In this document: piece after piece, positions 31,481-42,527 of the stretch | Layout of the letters: every line of letters begins with the position of its first letter | Numbering within the stretch: position 1 is the stretch's first letter | From: an uncultured Chloroflexia bacterium | Lineage (GTDB): Bacteria; Chloroflexota; Limnocylindria; QHBO01 | DNA length: 64,000 nt | Assembly (NCBI GenBank): GCA_963720505.1 | Contig: CAVRFT010000002.1 | Span: 16,121 to 80,120, forward strand | Direction: 5' to 3' | Position numbers and translations under genes: made by a program | The notes under the pieces: model-generated | Told to the model about the DNA's origin: nothing | The model's database searches: none | Seen by the model: only the letters and a program-made list of their open reading frames with translations

Positions 31481-33970
31481 ATGGACACGATCATCGATCT
31501 GCTCGACCGAGCCGTGGCCGAGCACGGTTCGCAGGCCGGCGCTGATCATCAAGCCTGGCTTCAGGACGCGGATCTGGACGTACGCCGATATCGGCGACCT
31601 GGTCCCGCGCGTGGCCCAGGTGCTGCGGGGAGCCGGCGTGCAGCCGGGCGATCGGGTCCTGATCTGGGCCGTCAACCGCCCGGAGTGGGCCATCGCCTTC
31701 CTTGGCGCGCTGTGGGCGGAAGCCGTGCCCGTGCCGGTGGACGTCCGCTCCACCGACGAGCTGGCCACCAAGATCGCGGCCCAGACCCAGGCCAAGCTGG
31801 TGCTCGCCTCCATCCCCACCATCAAGGCCGCCAGCCGGCTGGAGCTGCCGGCGCTGACCGTCGAGTCACTGGTCGACGTGGCGCGCGACGCGCAGCCGCT
31901 CCCCCGCCCGACTCCCGATCCGGACGCCCTGGCCGAGATCGTCTTCACCTCGGGCACCACCGGGGATCCGAAGGGCGTCATGCTCAGCCACCGCAACATC
32001 ACCTCGAACGTCACCTCGCTGGGCAGCGTGGTGCCGCTGGGGCCGGAGACCCGGCTGCTCTCGATCCTGCCGCTGTCGCACATGTACGGGCTGAACCCGG
32101 GCTTCCTGGCGCCGATGCTGACCGCGGCGCATCGGTCGTGTATCCGACCAGCCTCCAGGCGCCCGTGCTGGCACGCACCTTCCGCGAGCGCAAGGTCACG
32201 ATGCTGCTGGCGGTGCCGCAGGTCGTGAAGCAGCTGAACAACGCCGTGGAGCGCCGGGTCGACGCCGACGGCCGGCGGGCGATCTTCGAGCGGCTGCACG
32301 GCATCGCGCGCCATCTGCCCATGCCGTTGCGACGGCTGCTGTTCCGACCGGTGCTGTCGCGGCTCGGTGGCAGCCTCGAGTACCTGGCCGTCGGCGCCGC
32401 GGCCATGAACCCGGTGATCGCCCGCCGCTGGGAGGAGATGGGCGTGGTCTCGCTGCAGGGCTACGGCGCCACCGAGACGTCGCCGGTGGTCGCCTTCACC
32501 CGCGTGGAGCGCAACCGCGTCGGCACGGTGGGCGAGGTCATCCCCGGCGTGGAGGTGCGGATCAGCCCGGAGGGCGAGATCCAGGTCCGCGGCCCGAACG
32601 TGTTCCAGGGCTACTGGCAGCGGCCCGATGCCACCGCGGCGGTGATGCAGGACGGCTGGTACCGCACCGGTGACGACGGCATGCTGGACGCGCGACGGCT
32701 TCCTGACGCTCCAGGGCCGCAGTCAAGGACATGCTGGTCATGCCGGACGGCACCAAGGTGCACCCGGCGGACGTGGAGCAGGCCCTGACGCGCGACGCGC
32801 GCGTGCGCGACGCCGCGGTGGTCGGCCTGGAGCGGCCGGGCAGCGAGGTCCAGGTCCACGCGGTGCTGATCCTCCACGACCCCACCGAAGCCGATGACGT
32901 GGTCCGCCAGGCCAACACCCAGCTGGGCGGCCACCAGCAGATTCGCGGCTTCACCGTCTGGCCGGAGGACGAGTTCCCCCGCACGCCCACCCTCAAGGTC
33001 AAGAAGCCGGAGATCCTGAAGTGGATCCTGGCAGCCAAGACCGATGAAGCCCCACCGTCCGGGACCGATGCTCCCGCCGCAGCCGGCAGCCCCATCGAGC
33101 GCCTGGTCGCCCAGCTCGACGGCGTCCACGCCGATGCCATCCGGCCCGACGCCCGACTCTCCACCGACCTCGGCATCGATTCGCTCGGCCGCGTCGAGCT
33201 GCTGGGCATGGTCGAGGAGTCGCTGGGCGTCTACATCGACGACGGCGAGCTCGACCCGGAGGAGACGCTGGAGCAGCTGCAGGCCAGGGTCGATGCCGCC
33301 CCTCCCAACACCGCCGCGCCGGAGGGCATCTTCGGCTGGCCGCTGAATCCGGTGGTCGGCGCGCTCCGCATCGGCCTCCAGACCTTGATCATCCTGCCGC
33401 TGGTGAGCCTGTTCTACCGCCGCCCGGTGCGAGGCCTGGAGCACCTGGACGGGCTGCAGGGGCCGGTCATGTTCGCCGCCAACCACCACCTGCACAACGA
33501 CAACGCGCTGATCCTGATGGCCATCCCGGTCGGCTGGCGCTGGAAGCTGTCGGTGGCCGCCGCCGCGGACGACATCTTCGGCTCCTGGTGGCGCGGCACG
33601 CTGTCCGCCATCCTGGGCAACGCCTTCCCGCATGGCACGCGAGGGCGCCGTCCGCCGCAGCCTCGACCTGCTGGGCGCGCGCCTGGACCGCGGCTTCAGC
33701 GTGCTGATCTACCCGGAGGGCAAGCTCACCGTCGACGGCCCGCTGCAGGAGTTCAAGTCCGGCACCGGCCTGGTCGCCATCCACGGCGCCATCCCGGTCG
33801 TGCCGATCCGACTGAAGGCCCGCACGCACAGCCGGATCGACGAGGACACGGACGGCACGGCCTGGCGCGGCGAGGTGGAGGTGGTGTTCGGGAAGCCGCT
33901 GCGCTTCGGGATCGACGCCGACCCGACCCAGGCCACGGCCGAGATCCGCGCCGCCATCGAGGCGCTCTAG
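31481..33970 (+). CDS. AMP-binding acyl ligase + acyl carrier + PlsC acyltransferase fusion (Aas-like); 4 frameshifts
   Basis: FTSGTTGDPKG, GYGATET, WYRTGD, LGIDSL (phosphopantetheine Ser), NHHLHND, YPEG. Confidence 0.9.
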
Positions 33971-33989
33971 GCCGGCTGGCATGAACAAG

Positions 33990-34025
33990 GAAGAGGCCGC
34001 CGGAGCAGATCCGGCGGCCTCCTTC
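33990..34025. terminator. Hairpin between convergent genes (probable bidirectional terminator)
   Basis: GAGGCCGCCGGA-GCAGA-TCCGGCGGCCTC perfect 12-bp stem. Confidence 0.75.
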
Positions 34026-34043
34026 GGGTGGTTACGGTAGGGG

Positions 34044-35001
34044 TCAGTCGCCGAGCTCGGCCCTCGTGCTGACGTAGATGTCGGCGGTCACGCCGCGCCC
34101 GAAGTACAGGCGCTTTCCGTCTCCGGAGAGCGACGGTCGCGACTCCGGCTCCGCCGTGTTCACCGCCGTCACCGGGACGGGAGTCGACCACAATCCGGTT
34201 GAGCCGTCGAAGGTCGCGGTGAAGATGTCCATGTTCCCGTTGCGACTCGACGCGAACACGATCTCGCTCCCATCGGCGCTCACGTTGGGCATCTGATCCA
34301 CGGCCGCCGAGTTGAGCTCCGTCACGGCCTGGGGCGTTCCGAACCTGCCGTCACTGCCCAGGATGCTTCGGTAGATGTCGTGGTTCCCGGACGTTCCCGT
34401 GCTCGAGAAGTACAGGTACGTCACTCCGCCGATCGTCCTCAGCGACGGTCCGAACTCGCCGCCCGTGAAGTTCGGGCCGCTTCCGTCCGCGACACAGCCG
34501 AGGTTCTGCGGAGCGTCCCACGTCCCGTCGTTGCGCTGCCGTGTGATGTAGATGTCGCCGACGGGCGGCGTCATCCCGGGAGTCGCACCGCAGGCGGTGC
34601 GATCCGAGACGAAGAGCAGCCAGCCACCGCCGAGCGGCGTCGGGCAGAACTCGTTGTCAGCGCTGTTGATGGCCGAGCCGAGGTTCTGCATCGGTCCAAA
34701 GGGGTCGCTCTTCTTCGAGCGGTCGGCCACCCAGACGTCGTTCTTGCCATACCCGCCGGGCCGCGTGGAGGCGATGTACAGCTGCTTGCCGTTGGGCGAC
34801 TCGATGGGGCAGCCTTCGTGAGCGGCCGTGTTCACCTCGGCCACCGCCGTGGGCGCGCCCCACGGGCCGTAGTCCGATGCTTGGGCGGCGAGCCGGCAGG
34901 ACGCCGGCTACCACGAGGAGGATGGCGCCGACGATGGACGTCATGGCGCGCTGTGCTCGGGAGCGTGGCCAGAGGCCCGGGGCCGTGAAGTACGGAGTCA
35001 T
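34044..35001 (-). CDS. Secreted PD40/TolB-like beta-propeller protein; frameshift near 34890
   Basis: Five repeats of type xNT/S..E..P...DG..LYFxSxR; signal peptide; N-terminus MTPYFTAPG. Confidence 0.85.
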
Positions 35002-35128
35002 CTTCCTTCTCCATCTGCTAACTGGCGGGACGTTGCCCGCTTCTCGATGGAGAAGGTGGTCCTAAGGGTGGGCCGGCCACATCGGGACGGTCCTTAGGCG
35101 ACGGTCGTCGGTTGCCTCATTTTCTCAG
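34975..35128 (-). repeat. About 150-bp direct repeat, copy 1 (promoter + SD + first 9 codons)
   Basis: Aligns by eye over its full length with 35847-35998, with scattered substitutions. Confidence 0.95.
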
Positions 35129-35195
35129 ACCGGACCTCGCAAAGAATCCACTCGAGCGGGTCGTCCTCGTTCTCGTCCCGCTCGCTTCCGCGAAA

Positions 35196-35227
35196 GCAGA
35201 AGGCCGGGCGTCCTGCCCGGCCTCTGC
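35196..35227 (-). terminator. Rho-independent terminator of the 35247-35873 gene
   Basis: Minus strand GCAGAGGCCGGGC-AGGAC-GCCCGGCCTTCTGC followed by TTT. Confidence 0.7.
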
Positions 35228-35246
35228 TCGTTCCCGCGTCAGCCGT

Positions 35247-35873
35247 CTAGCAAACGATGTCGCCGGTGGTGTTGCCGTCGCTTGACTGGCGCCACACACC
35301 GCAAGCTCCAGCTTCGAACGTCCCCGCGAACTTGAGGAATTGGAGGGAGTCGAAGCTGGAGAAGTAGTTCCTCGCGTTGAAGGCAGCCCCGAGGCATGTG
35401 CCGTCCTGCTGGCACTGCAGGTCGAAGTCACCGACGAAGCCGCTCGTGGCGAGGTTGGGCGCGAAGGTTCCCTGGATCACGATGACGAGCTCGCCGTACC
35501 ACCGGCCGGTCACTCCGGCGCTGACCGTGCCGGTCCCCGCCGGGCTCACGCCTGCGAAGCTGGTGAACGTGCCGATGTCCTGGCGCTTGAAGCAGTAGGT
35601 ATTCGTCCCGATCTGCCAGATCTGGATCGACTCGCGAGCCGCGTCGAGCGCCCAGACATGCCCGTCATTTCCGACATCGGCGCTGTTGCGGTACGTGCCG
35701 TACGCGTTTACCACCAGGGGGCCGCCTCCGGGACACTGCGCCACAGTGGCTGCCGCGGCGGTCTGGGGCATCGTCGCCAGCACCGCAAACACCACGCCAA
35801 CCACCACGGACTTCATTGCGCGAAGTCCTCGCGGTATCCGCGAGGTGCCCGGGGCCGTGAAGTACGGAGTCAT
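35247..35873 (-). CDS. Secreted Cys-containing hypothetical protein
   Basis: Intact ORF with signal peptide and several Cys residues; N-terminus MTPYFTAPG shared with the 35001 gene. Confidence 0.8.
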   Translation of the reverse strand: MTPYFTAPGTSRIPRGLRAMKSVVVGVVFAVLATMPQTAAAATVAQCPGGGPLVVNAYGTYRNSADVGNDGHVWALDAARESIQIWQIGTNTYCFKRQDIGTFTSFAGVSPAGTGTVSAGVTGRWYGELVIVIQGTFAPNLATSGFVGDFDLQCQQDGTCLGAAFNARNYFSSFDSLQFLKFAGTFEAGACGVWRQSSDGNTTGDIVC

Positions 35874-35998
35874 CTTGCTTCTCCATCTGCTATTGGCGGG
35901 AGTTGCCCGCTTCTCGATGGAGAAGGTGGCCCTAGAGGTGGGCCGGCCGCATCGTCACAGTCCTTAGGCGACGGACGTCGGTTGCCTCATTTTCTGAG
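35847..35998 (-). repeat. About 150-bp direct repeat, copy 2
   Basis: Matches 34975-35128. Confidence 0.95.
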
Positions 35999-36004
35999 GC
36001 AGCG

Positions 36005-36364
36005 TCAGCAGGTGTACAGGGGCGTACCGTCGATCAGCTCGGCGACGACGTCCGCGGCGGAGATGATCCGTGCGCCGTCGATCAGATCGGCCTCGGTGAT
36101 GCCACGGGGCTTCGTGCACGCGCCGCAGGCCCACACCTGGCCGCCGTTCTCGAGCAGCGAGGCAAGCACCTCGCTCAGCGGTTGCATGCCCTCGTGGTGG
36201 ATGTCGTCGGCGTAGCCCTTCGTGGCCAGCCAGACTCCCTCGATGGTGAGAAGCACGATCGCTTCCTGGTCGGCCGATGCGGCGACATTCGCCACGATGA
36301 AGGGCAGCGTCGCTCGCTCATGGTCGTCCTTACCGTGTGTCGCTTGCGCCATGAATCTCGCCAT
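36005..36364 (-). CDS. DsrE/DsrF-like sulfur-relay family protein
   Basis: THGKDDHERATLPF..LLTIEGVWLA..VWACGAC. Confidence 0.85.
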   Translation of the reverse strand: MARFMAQATHGKDDHERATLPFIVANVAASADQEAIVLLTIEGVWLATKGYADDIHHEGMQPLSEVLASLLENGGQVWACGACTKPRGITEADLIDGARIISAADVVAELIDGTPLYTC

Positions 36365-36381
36365 CGATTCTGTCCTCTCGG

Positions 36382-36634
36382 CTACTTGCGACGTAGGAAA
36401 TAACGAGTCCGCCCCGGTGCCGTCCTCGATGATGGCCACCAGGGGATTTCCGGTCAGCCTCGACCAGGAAGCCAGCCCACTTCGCGCGGTTGGGTCGTCG
36501 GAGACGACCTCGAGCACCTGTCCACTCGGCAGTTGGCGCATCCGGGCCGCGATCATCGGAGTCAACGTCGCGCAGTCCTGCCCGACGAGGTCCATCCGAA
36601 CATCGGCGGCCGGAGCACTCGATGCATCCATCAT
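36382..36634 (-). CDS. TusA/SirA-like sulfurtransferase; appears fused to DsrE only through an indel
   Basis: MDLVGQDC..P..L.SGQVLEVVSDDP..LASWSRLTGN; the shifted frame ends RTRYFLRRK-TAG at 36382. Confidence 0.8.
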
Positions 36635-36790
36635 TCGTTTCTCCGATTCCTCTGCGATGCTGGCGCGAGGGTATGCCGCCGTACCGAGCGCCACGGCAAT
36701 GGGCTGCTCCTTAGTTGCCGGGAGCGGAGTTCCTTAGTCCATCGTGCGTTGGCAGGCAGGATCGCTTGCGCGAGTCCGGATAATCCGCGG

Positions 36791-39700
36791 ATGAACCCGC
36801 GGATCTCGAGCCCCGTGTTCGTCGGGCGCGGCCAGGAGCTTGTGCGCCTGCGCGCGGCTCTCGAAGGCGCCATGTCCGGAACGGTCGGCACCACGCTCAT
36901 CGGCGGCGAAGCCGGCGTCGGCAAGAGCCGCCTGCTCGCGGAGTTCCGCGCCGGCGCCACCTCCGAGGGCCTGCGTGTCCTGGAAGGCGGGTGCGTCGAC
37001 CTGGGAGACGGCGCGCGCCCGTATGACCCCTTCGTGGCCGCCCTCCGCCCGTGGCTGCGATCACTGCCCGCGGAGGACTTCGACCGCATCGTCGGGCCGG
37101 CCCGATCCACCGTCCTCCAGCTGATTCCCGACCTGGGATCTGATGGCGAGGCCGAGGCCGAGGTTCGGGCCACGGCCCCTGCGTCCGCAACGCAGTCAAC
37201 GCTTTACCTCCAGGTGCTTGGCTTGATCGAGCGCATTGCCGCCGATGCCGTCACTGTCATTGCGTTGGAGGACCTGCATTGGTCGGATCGGTCCACCCGC
37301 GACCTGCTGCGCTTCCTGGTACGAAACCTGACCCAGGGTCGCGTGATGCTGATCGGGACGTACCGCACCGATGAGCTGAACGAACGTCATCCGTTCCTGA
37401 CCCTGCTCGCCGAGCTGGGACGGAGCGGGCAGGTGGATCGGTTCGAGCTCGCGCCGTTCACACGGAACGAAGTCCATGACCAGATGGCGGGCATCCTCGG
37501 CCGTCCTCCCGATCGCTCCCTCGTCGCGCAGCTCCACGACCGCGGCGGTGGGAACGCCTTCTTCACGGAGGAGCTCCTCGCCGTCGCGGAGCGGAGCGAG
37601 CAACGCATCGGCCTCACACTTCGCGAGACGCTGCTGGCCAGGGTCGGTGGACTCTCCCCTGCGTCCCGGGATCTCTTGCGCGTGGTCGCCGTGGCCGGTC
37701 AATCCGCACGGCACGACGTCCTGGCAGCGGTGGCGAAGATGCAGCAGGCGGAGCTCGGCGCGACCCTGCGGGAGGCAATCGATCGCCAGCTGCTGCTGGC
37801 CGGCGACGACGAGGTCATGCAGTTCCGCCACGGCCTCCTGCAGGAGGCGGTGTACAACGAGCTTCTGCCCGGTGAGCGGTTGGCGCTGCATGCCGCGGTC
37901 GCGGCAGCCATCGAGGTCCTCAACCCTGATCAGGAGACCGATGCGGCGGTCGCCTCAGAGCTGGCTCACCACTGGTACGAGGCGCGCGATGTGCGCCAGG
38001 CGCTGCCGGCCCTGCTGCGCGCCGGGCGCGCGGCGGAGCGGATGTTCGCCTTCGGGAACGCGTTCGCCCACTTCCACCTGGCGTTGAGCCTGTGGCCGGC
38101 GGGGATGGATTCCGTTGACGGCATGATCGCGCCAGGACCTGAGGATGCGGACGGCCCAGGCGGCTGCCATGACCGGCGCCTACGATCGGGCGATCGCGCT
38201 GGCTATTGGGGCGCTGGACGACGATTCGGCCCTCGAGCCGGACGCCGTGCGCACCGGCGCATTGCTCGAGCGTCTCGCGGTCTATCACCTCGGAGCCGCC
38301 AACCCGGACGCCGTGGAGCCGGTCGCCCGTCGTGCCCTGGAGCTTCTCCCGACCGATCCGCCTTCGGTGGCGCGAGCCCACGTGCTGGGCATCCTGGCGC
38401 ACGGACTGGGGATGCAGGCTCATTTCGACGAGTCCGATCGCTTCGCCCAGGAAGCGCTCGCAACGGCGCGGCAGGTGGGTTCGGCCGAGGCCGAGATCCG
38501 CGCGCTGGGCTGCATCGGCCGCAATGCCGCCGCGGTTGGAGATGCCGCCTCGGGGGTCCGAACCTTGCGCCAGGCGTTGACCCTCGCTCGCTCGGTCGGC
38601 GACTTCTCGGGCGCCGCCGAGATCGCCATCGAGCTGGCTCTCGCACTCCACTGGGCGGGAAAGCTGGAGGAGGCATGCCAGGTGGCCGATGAGGCGATCG
38701 CCGAGAGTGCCCGTTGGGGGACCGAGGGGTTCGGGATCGCGCTGCGGGCGGTCAGGGGTCAATCGGCCTTACTGCTGGGACGATGGCTCGAGGCGGAACA
38801 TTGGATCGACGCCGCAATTGCGGGAGAGTCCCTGGGCTTGCCCGGCGTCATGGCGAGCGGGGCTCGGGGCCTCCTCGATCTCGGTCGGGGCAGCCTGGAC
38901 TCCGCTGAGGGTCATTTCGAGACCGTGCTGCTGATGTGCCAGAACTTCAGTGCGACCGTCTATGGGTGGAACGAGCTGTACGCGAGCATCGCCCTGCTGT
39001 TGATCGCGCGCGGGCAGCCAACCGAGGCGATCGCGTCCGTGCGCGAGAGCCTGGCGCGCTCTGCGCAGCCCGAGCGCGATGTCCACATGCGCGTCTGCCA
39101 CCGCCTGGCGATCCGTGCCGCGGCGGACATCGCCGACGTCGCTCGCCCGCTGGGCGATTCGGCGAAATTGGAGGAGGCGCTGGCCATCGGCCGCGAATTC
39201 GACGCCCTGATCGATCACCACGCGCAGCTCGTGCGCGCATTGCCGGATGGCGGCGACCCGCACCTCGCGCTGGACGTGGCACTCGGCAAGGCCGAGCTGA
39301 GCCGGCTCACCGGTCGCTCGAGCGCCGCCGCGTGGGCCACCGCCGCGGCGGCTGCGGACGAGCTGCAGCATCCCCACGAGGCCGCCTACAGCCGATTCCG
39401 CCAGGCGGAGGCGCTCCTGCTCTCGCGCGGGCCGAGGACCACTGCCCGCGCCGCAGCGCTGGAGGCGCACCGGATAGCGCGTGATCTGGGGGCCACTCCC
39501 CTCCAGGGGGAGGTCGAGCGGCTTGCAGCGCGATCGCGGCTGGACCTTGCGAGCCCGCCCGTCGATTCCGACGGGGATTCCGGCGCTGACGCAGTTCCGG
39601 CGCTGAGCATTCCGCCGCTCAGGCGGTCGGCCGCGCGATCCCGTTCCGTCTGACGCAGCGCGAGCAGGACGTCCTGGAGCGCCTCACCCTGGGCCACACC

Positions 39701-39859
39701 AACCGGGAGATCGCAACTGACCTGTTCATCAGCGAGAAGACGGCCAGCGTGCACGTGTCGAACATCAAGTCGAAGCTGGGAGCGAACGGCCGCGCGGAGA
39801 TCGCCGCGATCGCTGTGCGTCTCCGGCTCGTCCCGGAGCCCATTGAGGAGAGCGAGTAA
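36791..39859 (+). CDS. STAND AAA ATPase + TPR + LuxR HTH regulator (MalT/LAL-like); 2 frameshifts
   Basis: GEAGVGKS, LEDLHWSD, GGNAFFTEE, LTQREQDVL..GHTNREIATDLFISEKTASVHVSNIKSKL. Confidence 0.92.
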
Positions 39860-39950
39860 CTCGAGCGCTCGCTACCCCACGTTCGGCGCTGCAGCGCATC
39901 GGCCGGGACAGCCAAGGAAGCGCCGGCCGTCCCGTGAGTACCATGCCGGG

Positions 39951-40203
39951 GTGGCACGCCTACAGCTGAGATCGCTCGTCCTGATCGTCGCGATCACCGT
40001 CGCGGCGTGTCTGGTTCTCAGCCTCCTCATCCCGGCGCTCCGGAATCCAGCTGCGATCTTCCTCGCGTGCATGGTCGCGATCTGCGCCTACGGCGCCCCG
40101 ACCCAGTTGGTGGCGCGAGCCTGACCTCCTCGTCTTGCTTGGGCTGGCCTCTGCGGTCGGCCTGGTGCTCTTCCTGGTCGCTCCAGGCAGCCTGCCCCGC
40201 TGA
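39951..40203 (+). CDS. Small membrane protein; frameshifted, end approximate
   Basis: TACCAT-6nt-GTG start, hydrophobic segments. Confidence 0.5.
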
Positions 40204-40243
40204 CCCGCTCCAGCGCTTCGCGGTTCAGGCCACAATCCCGCCG

Positions 40244-40496
40244 ATGCAGGGTCTCGAGATTGCAGGGCTCTACGCCCTGGTTGCGTTATCCGTGTACGCC
40301 CTGCGCGACCGGATTCCGGAGCTGAATACCGCGCCGGTGGCCGTGCGCCTGACCGTCGGGACCCTTGTCGGGCTGACGCTATGCCTGCCCATTCTCGTGC
40401 GCGGCACCAACCTCATCCCGGATGACCTCGAGCCCGCTGGTCGTGATTGCCTTCGTCGCGACGCTCTTCGCGCTGGTCCTCTGGCTACGCCGTTGA
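40244..40496 (+). CDS. Small 3-TM membrane protein; frameshift near 40438
   Basis: CACAAT-7nt-ATG start, hydrophobic helices, LWLRR stop. Confidence 0.55.
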
Positions 40497-40533
40497 CGCC
40501 GCTACCCGTGTGGCGGGCTGACGGGTACGCGGC

Positions 40534-41628
40534 TCAGGCGACCCAGGGCAGCTGGATCGGCAGGATCGCGTTCAGGAGCAGGCCCAGGATCAGCAGGGCG
40601 CCGGCTCGACGGGTGTGCACGAACGCCGCGCCCACGAACCACAGCGGCCAGCCGACGTACGAGTGCGGCGGCACCTCCGGCCTCGGCTTGGCGAACACGC
40701 CCAGCACCTGGACCAGGCGCGGGATGCCCAGCAGCACCAGCGCCACCCATGGACCGATGAAGCCCACCAGCGCCGCCCCGATCACGATCGGGTAGAACGC
40801 GACCATCAGCCCCTGGGCCACCAGCCTGGCCCGGGCTTCGCCCAGGATCACGGGCAGGGTGTGGATGCCCTTGGCCGCATCGGCGGTGATCTTGTCGATG
40901 TGCTTGCCGAACAGCACGGTCGTCACCAGGATCGCGTACGGCAGCGACGCCAGCCAGACCCAGCCGGGCAGCTGGCCGGTGGCCACGAAGAACGTGCCGC
41001 CCACCATCAGCGGTCCCCACACGATGAAGACGCCGGGCTCCCCCAGCCCGATGTGCTTCAGCCGGATCGGCGGCGCCACGTAGAAGACGGAGATGAACAG
41101 GCCCGCCAGCGCGAAGGCGATGACCAGCGGCCCGCGCTGCGACGCCAGGAACAGCATGATCCCGAAGTCGATGGCGTTGGCGATCAGGATGGCGGCCGCC
41201 AGCTGTCGCTTGCTGACCCAGCCGGACAGGATCGGGTGCGGCGCGTACAGGGCGCGCACGTACTCGTCGGTGTCGACCCCGCCCTCCAGGTCGAAGTAGT
41301 CGTTGATCATGTTGTTGGCGGCGTGCGCGACCACCAGACCGATGATCGACAGGGCCATCAGACCCCAGTCCACCTGGATCACGCCCGGGTCCAACCGCGC
41401 GGCACCGACGGCCAGCAGCCCGCCGATCAGCCCGGCCGTGGCCGTCATGCTGAAGACGGCGGCGCGGGTGATGACCAGCCACTTGCTCACCGCATCGGGT
41501 GGGCGCGTCATGCCCACCGGCAGGTTGGCGGTGTTGAAGACCGTGCGCCAGACTCCCAGCCGCTGGCCGAGGGTCATCGGCTCCGATGGGGCGTGGGTTC
41601 CGGCGGTGGTGCTCTCTGGAGTGCTCAT
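40534..41628 (-). CDS. menA: UbiA-family prenyltransferase, MenA-like (DHNA polyprenyltransferase)
   Basis: AANNMINDYFDLEGGVD, FYVAPPIRLKHIGLGE, DAAKGIHTLPV; multi-TM. Confidence 0.8.
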   Translation of the reverse strand: MSTPESTTAGTHAPSEPMTLGQRLGVWRTVFNTANLPVGMTRPPDAVSKWLVITRAAVFSMTATAGLIGGLLAVGAARLDPGVIQVDWGLMALSIIGLVVAHAANNMINDYFDLEGGVDTDEYVRALYAPHPILSGWVSKRQLAAAILIANAIDFGIMLFLASQRGPLVIAFALAGLFISVFYVAPPIRLKHIGLGEPGVFIVWGPLMVGGTFFVATGQLPGWVWLASLPYAILVTTVLFGKHIDKITADAAKGIHTLPVILGEARARLVAQGLMVAFYPIVIGAALVGFIGPWVALVLLGIPRLVQVLGVFAKPRPEVPPHSYVGWPLWFVGAAFVHTRRAGALLILGLLLNAILPIQLPWVA

Positions 41629-41680
41629 ACGTGCTACCCGGTGGGAGCCACTATTGTACGCCTCGCTTGGTCTTGGCGCA

Positions 41681-41823
41681 GATTCCCAGGGGGCGGGACT
41701 AACGGAGAAGAAGCGGCCCAAACGTGGTGCGAATTCTCATCCCGCGGGAATCCCCACCAAGAAATGGCCTGCAAATGGCCCGATTCCGCCTCTTCTTCGT
41801 CGTTAGTCCCTGGGGTGGGAATC
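41681..41823. repeat. About 143-bp nested palindromic element, copy B (inverted relative to copy A)
   Basis: GATTCCCA..GGGACTAACGGAGAAGAAGC..central hairpin..GCCTCTTCTTCGTCGTTAGTCCC..TGGGAATC. Confidence 0.85.
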
Positions 41824-41848
41824 CGCGGCAACTTCGCGGTGAGGCCGA

Positions 41849-42349
41849 TCACCAACGGGCAGAGCTGCGCCTATCGGTCCAGTCCTGTGACGCCCCGTGA
41901 TCGTCCCAGTCCAGGTGAGCCTCATCGGCATCAGACGCCATGTGGATGGCCTGGCCAAGGGCGCTGCCCAGCTCCTCGAGCCCATCGGGCGGGACCGCGT
42001 GAAACTCGATTTCGTCCTGCAGGTCGGTGGCCTTGACCTCGGCCAGCACGACGCCCTCCGACACGATCTCGACATGGCGCCCGTCGCCGCGCCGGCGGAG
42101 CGTGAACCTGCCCGTTGGACCGGAGAAGCGCAGCGGAATGAATGACGCGCCGTTCCCCCTCACACGTGTCCCATGCCTGGCTGCATAGGCCAGCACTGAC
42201 GCAAAACACAGCCACAGGGCCAGCAGCAGTCCGCCCTGGGCGAGCACCGAGTTGTCCGCGGGCAGGGCCGCCAGCATCAGGAGACCCAGGGTTCCGACGA
42301 GCGCACCCCGCAGCGCAAGCACCCAATCTCCGTGGTCTTGCTGGATCAC
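41849..42349 (-). CDS. Hypothetical 2-TM membrane protein
   Basis: Two TM helices followed by a soluble acidic domain; start uncertain. Confidence 0.6.
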   Translation of the reverse strand: MIQQDHGDWVLALRGALVGTLGLLMLAALPADNSVLAQGGLLLALWLCFASVLAYAARHGTRVRGNGASFIPLRFSGPTGRFTLRRRGDGRHVEIVSEGVVLAEVKATDLQDEIEFHAVPPDGLEELGSALGQAIHMASDADEAHLDWDDHGASQDWTDRRSSARW

Positions 42350-42527
42350 GGACTTAGGCTGCCAACCGCGCGCCGCCACGACCAGCAGTACTTTGGGAGT
42401 ACTTCCGGCTGCCAGTGCTCCCAGTCGGTGACTTGCTTTACCCGAGTACGCTTTGGCTGCTGCCCCCGCAAGTCGCGCCCGGCCGTCGCGACGGCCCACG
42501 AAATGGCCACTCTCTGGAGGGAGACCC

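Noticed and set aside
34975-35998. CRISPR array or integron attC sites
   Set aside because: Only two 150-bp copies that include promoter and coding start; no short regular repeat-spacer pattern, cas genes, GTTRRRY core or integrase.
36005-36694. Apparent TusA-DsrE fusion protein (229-aa ORF)
   Set aside because: A one-base shift in a G run near 36415 restores a normal TusA end (RTRYFLRRK-stop at 36382), and DsrE has its own SD and ATG. An indel is the likelier explanation.
42387-42449. Phased AGTAC boxes in the 42349/42528 divergent promoter
   Set aside because: Only two copies are 11 bp apart and the third is out of phase; too short to support a claim.
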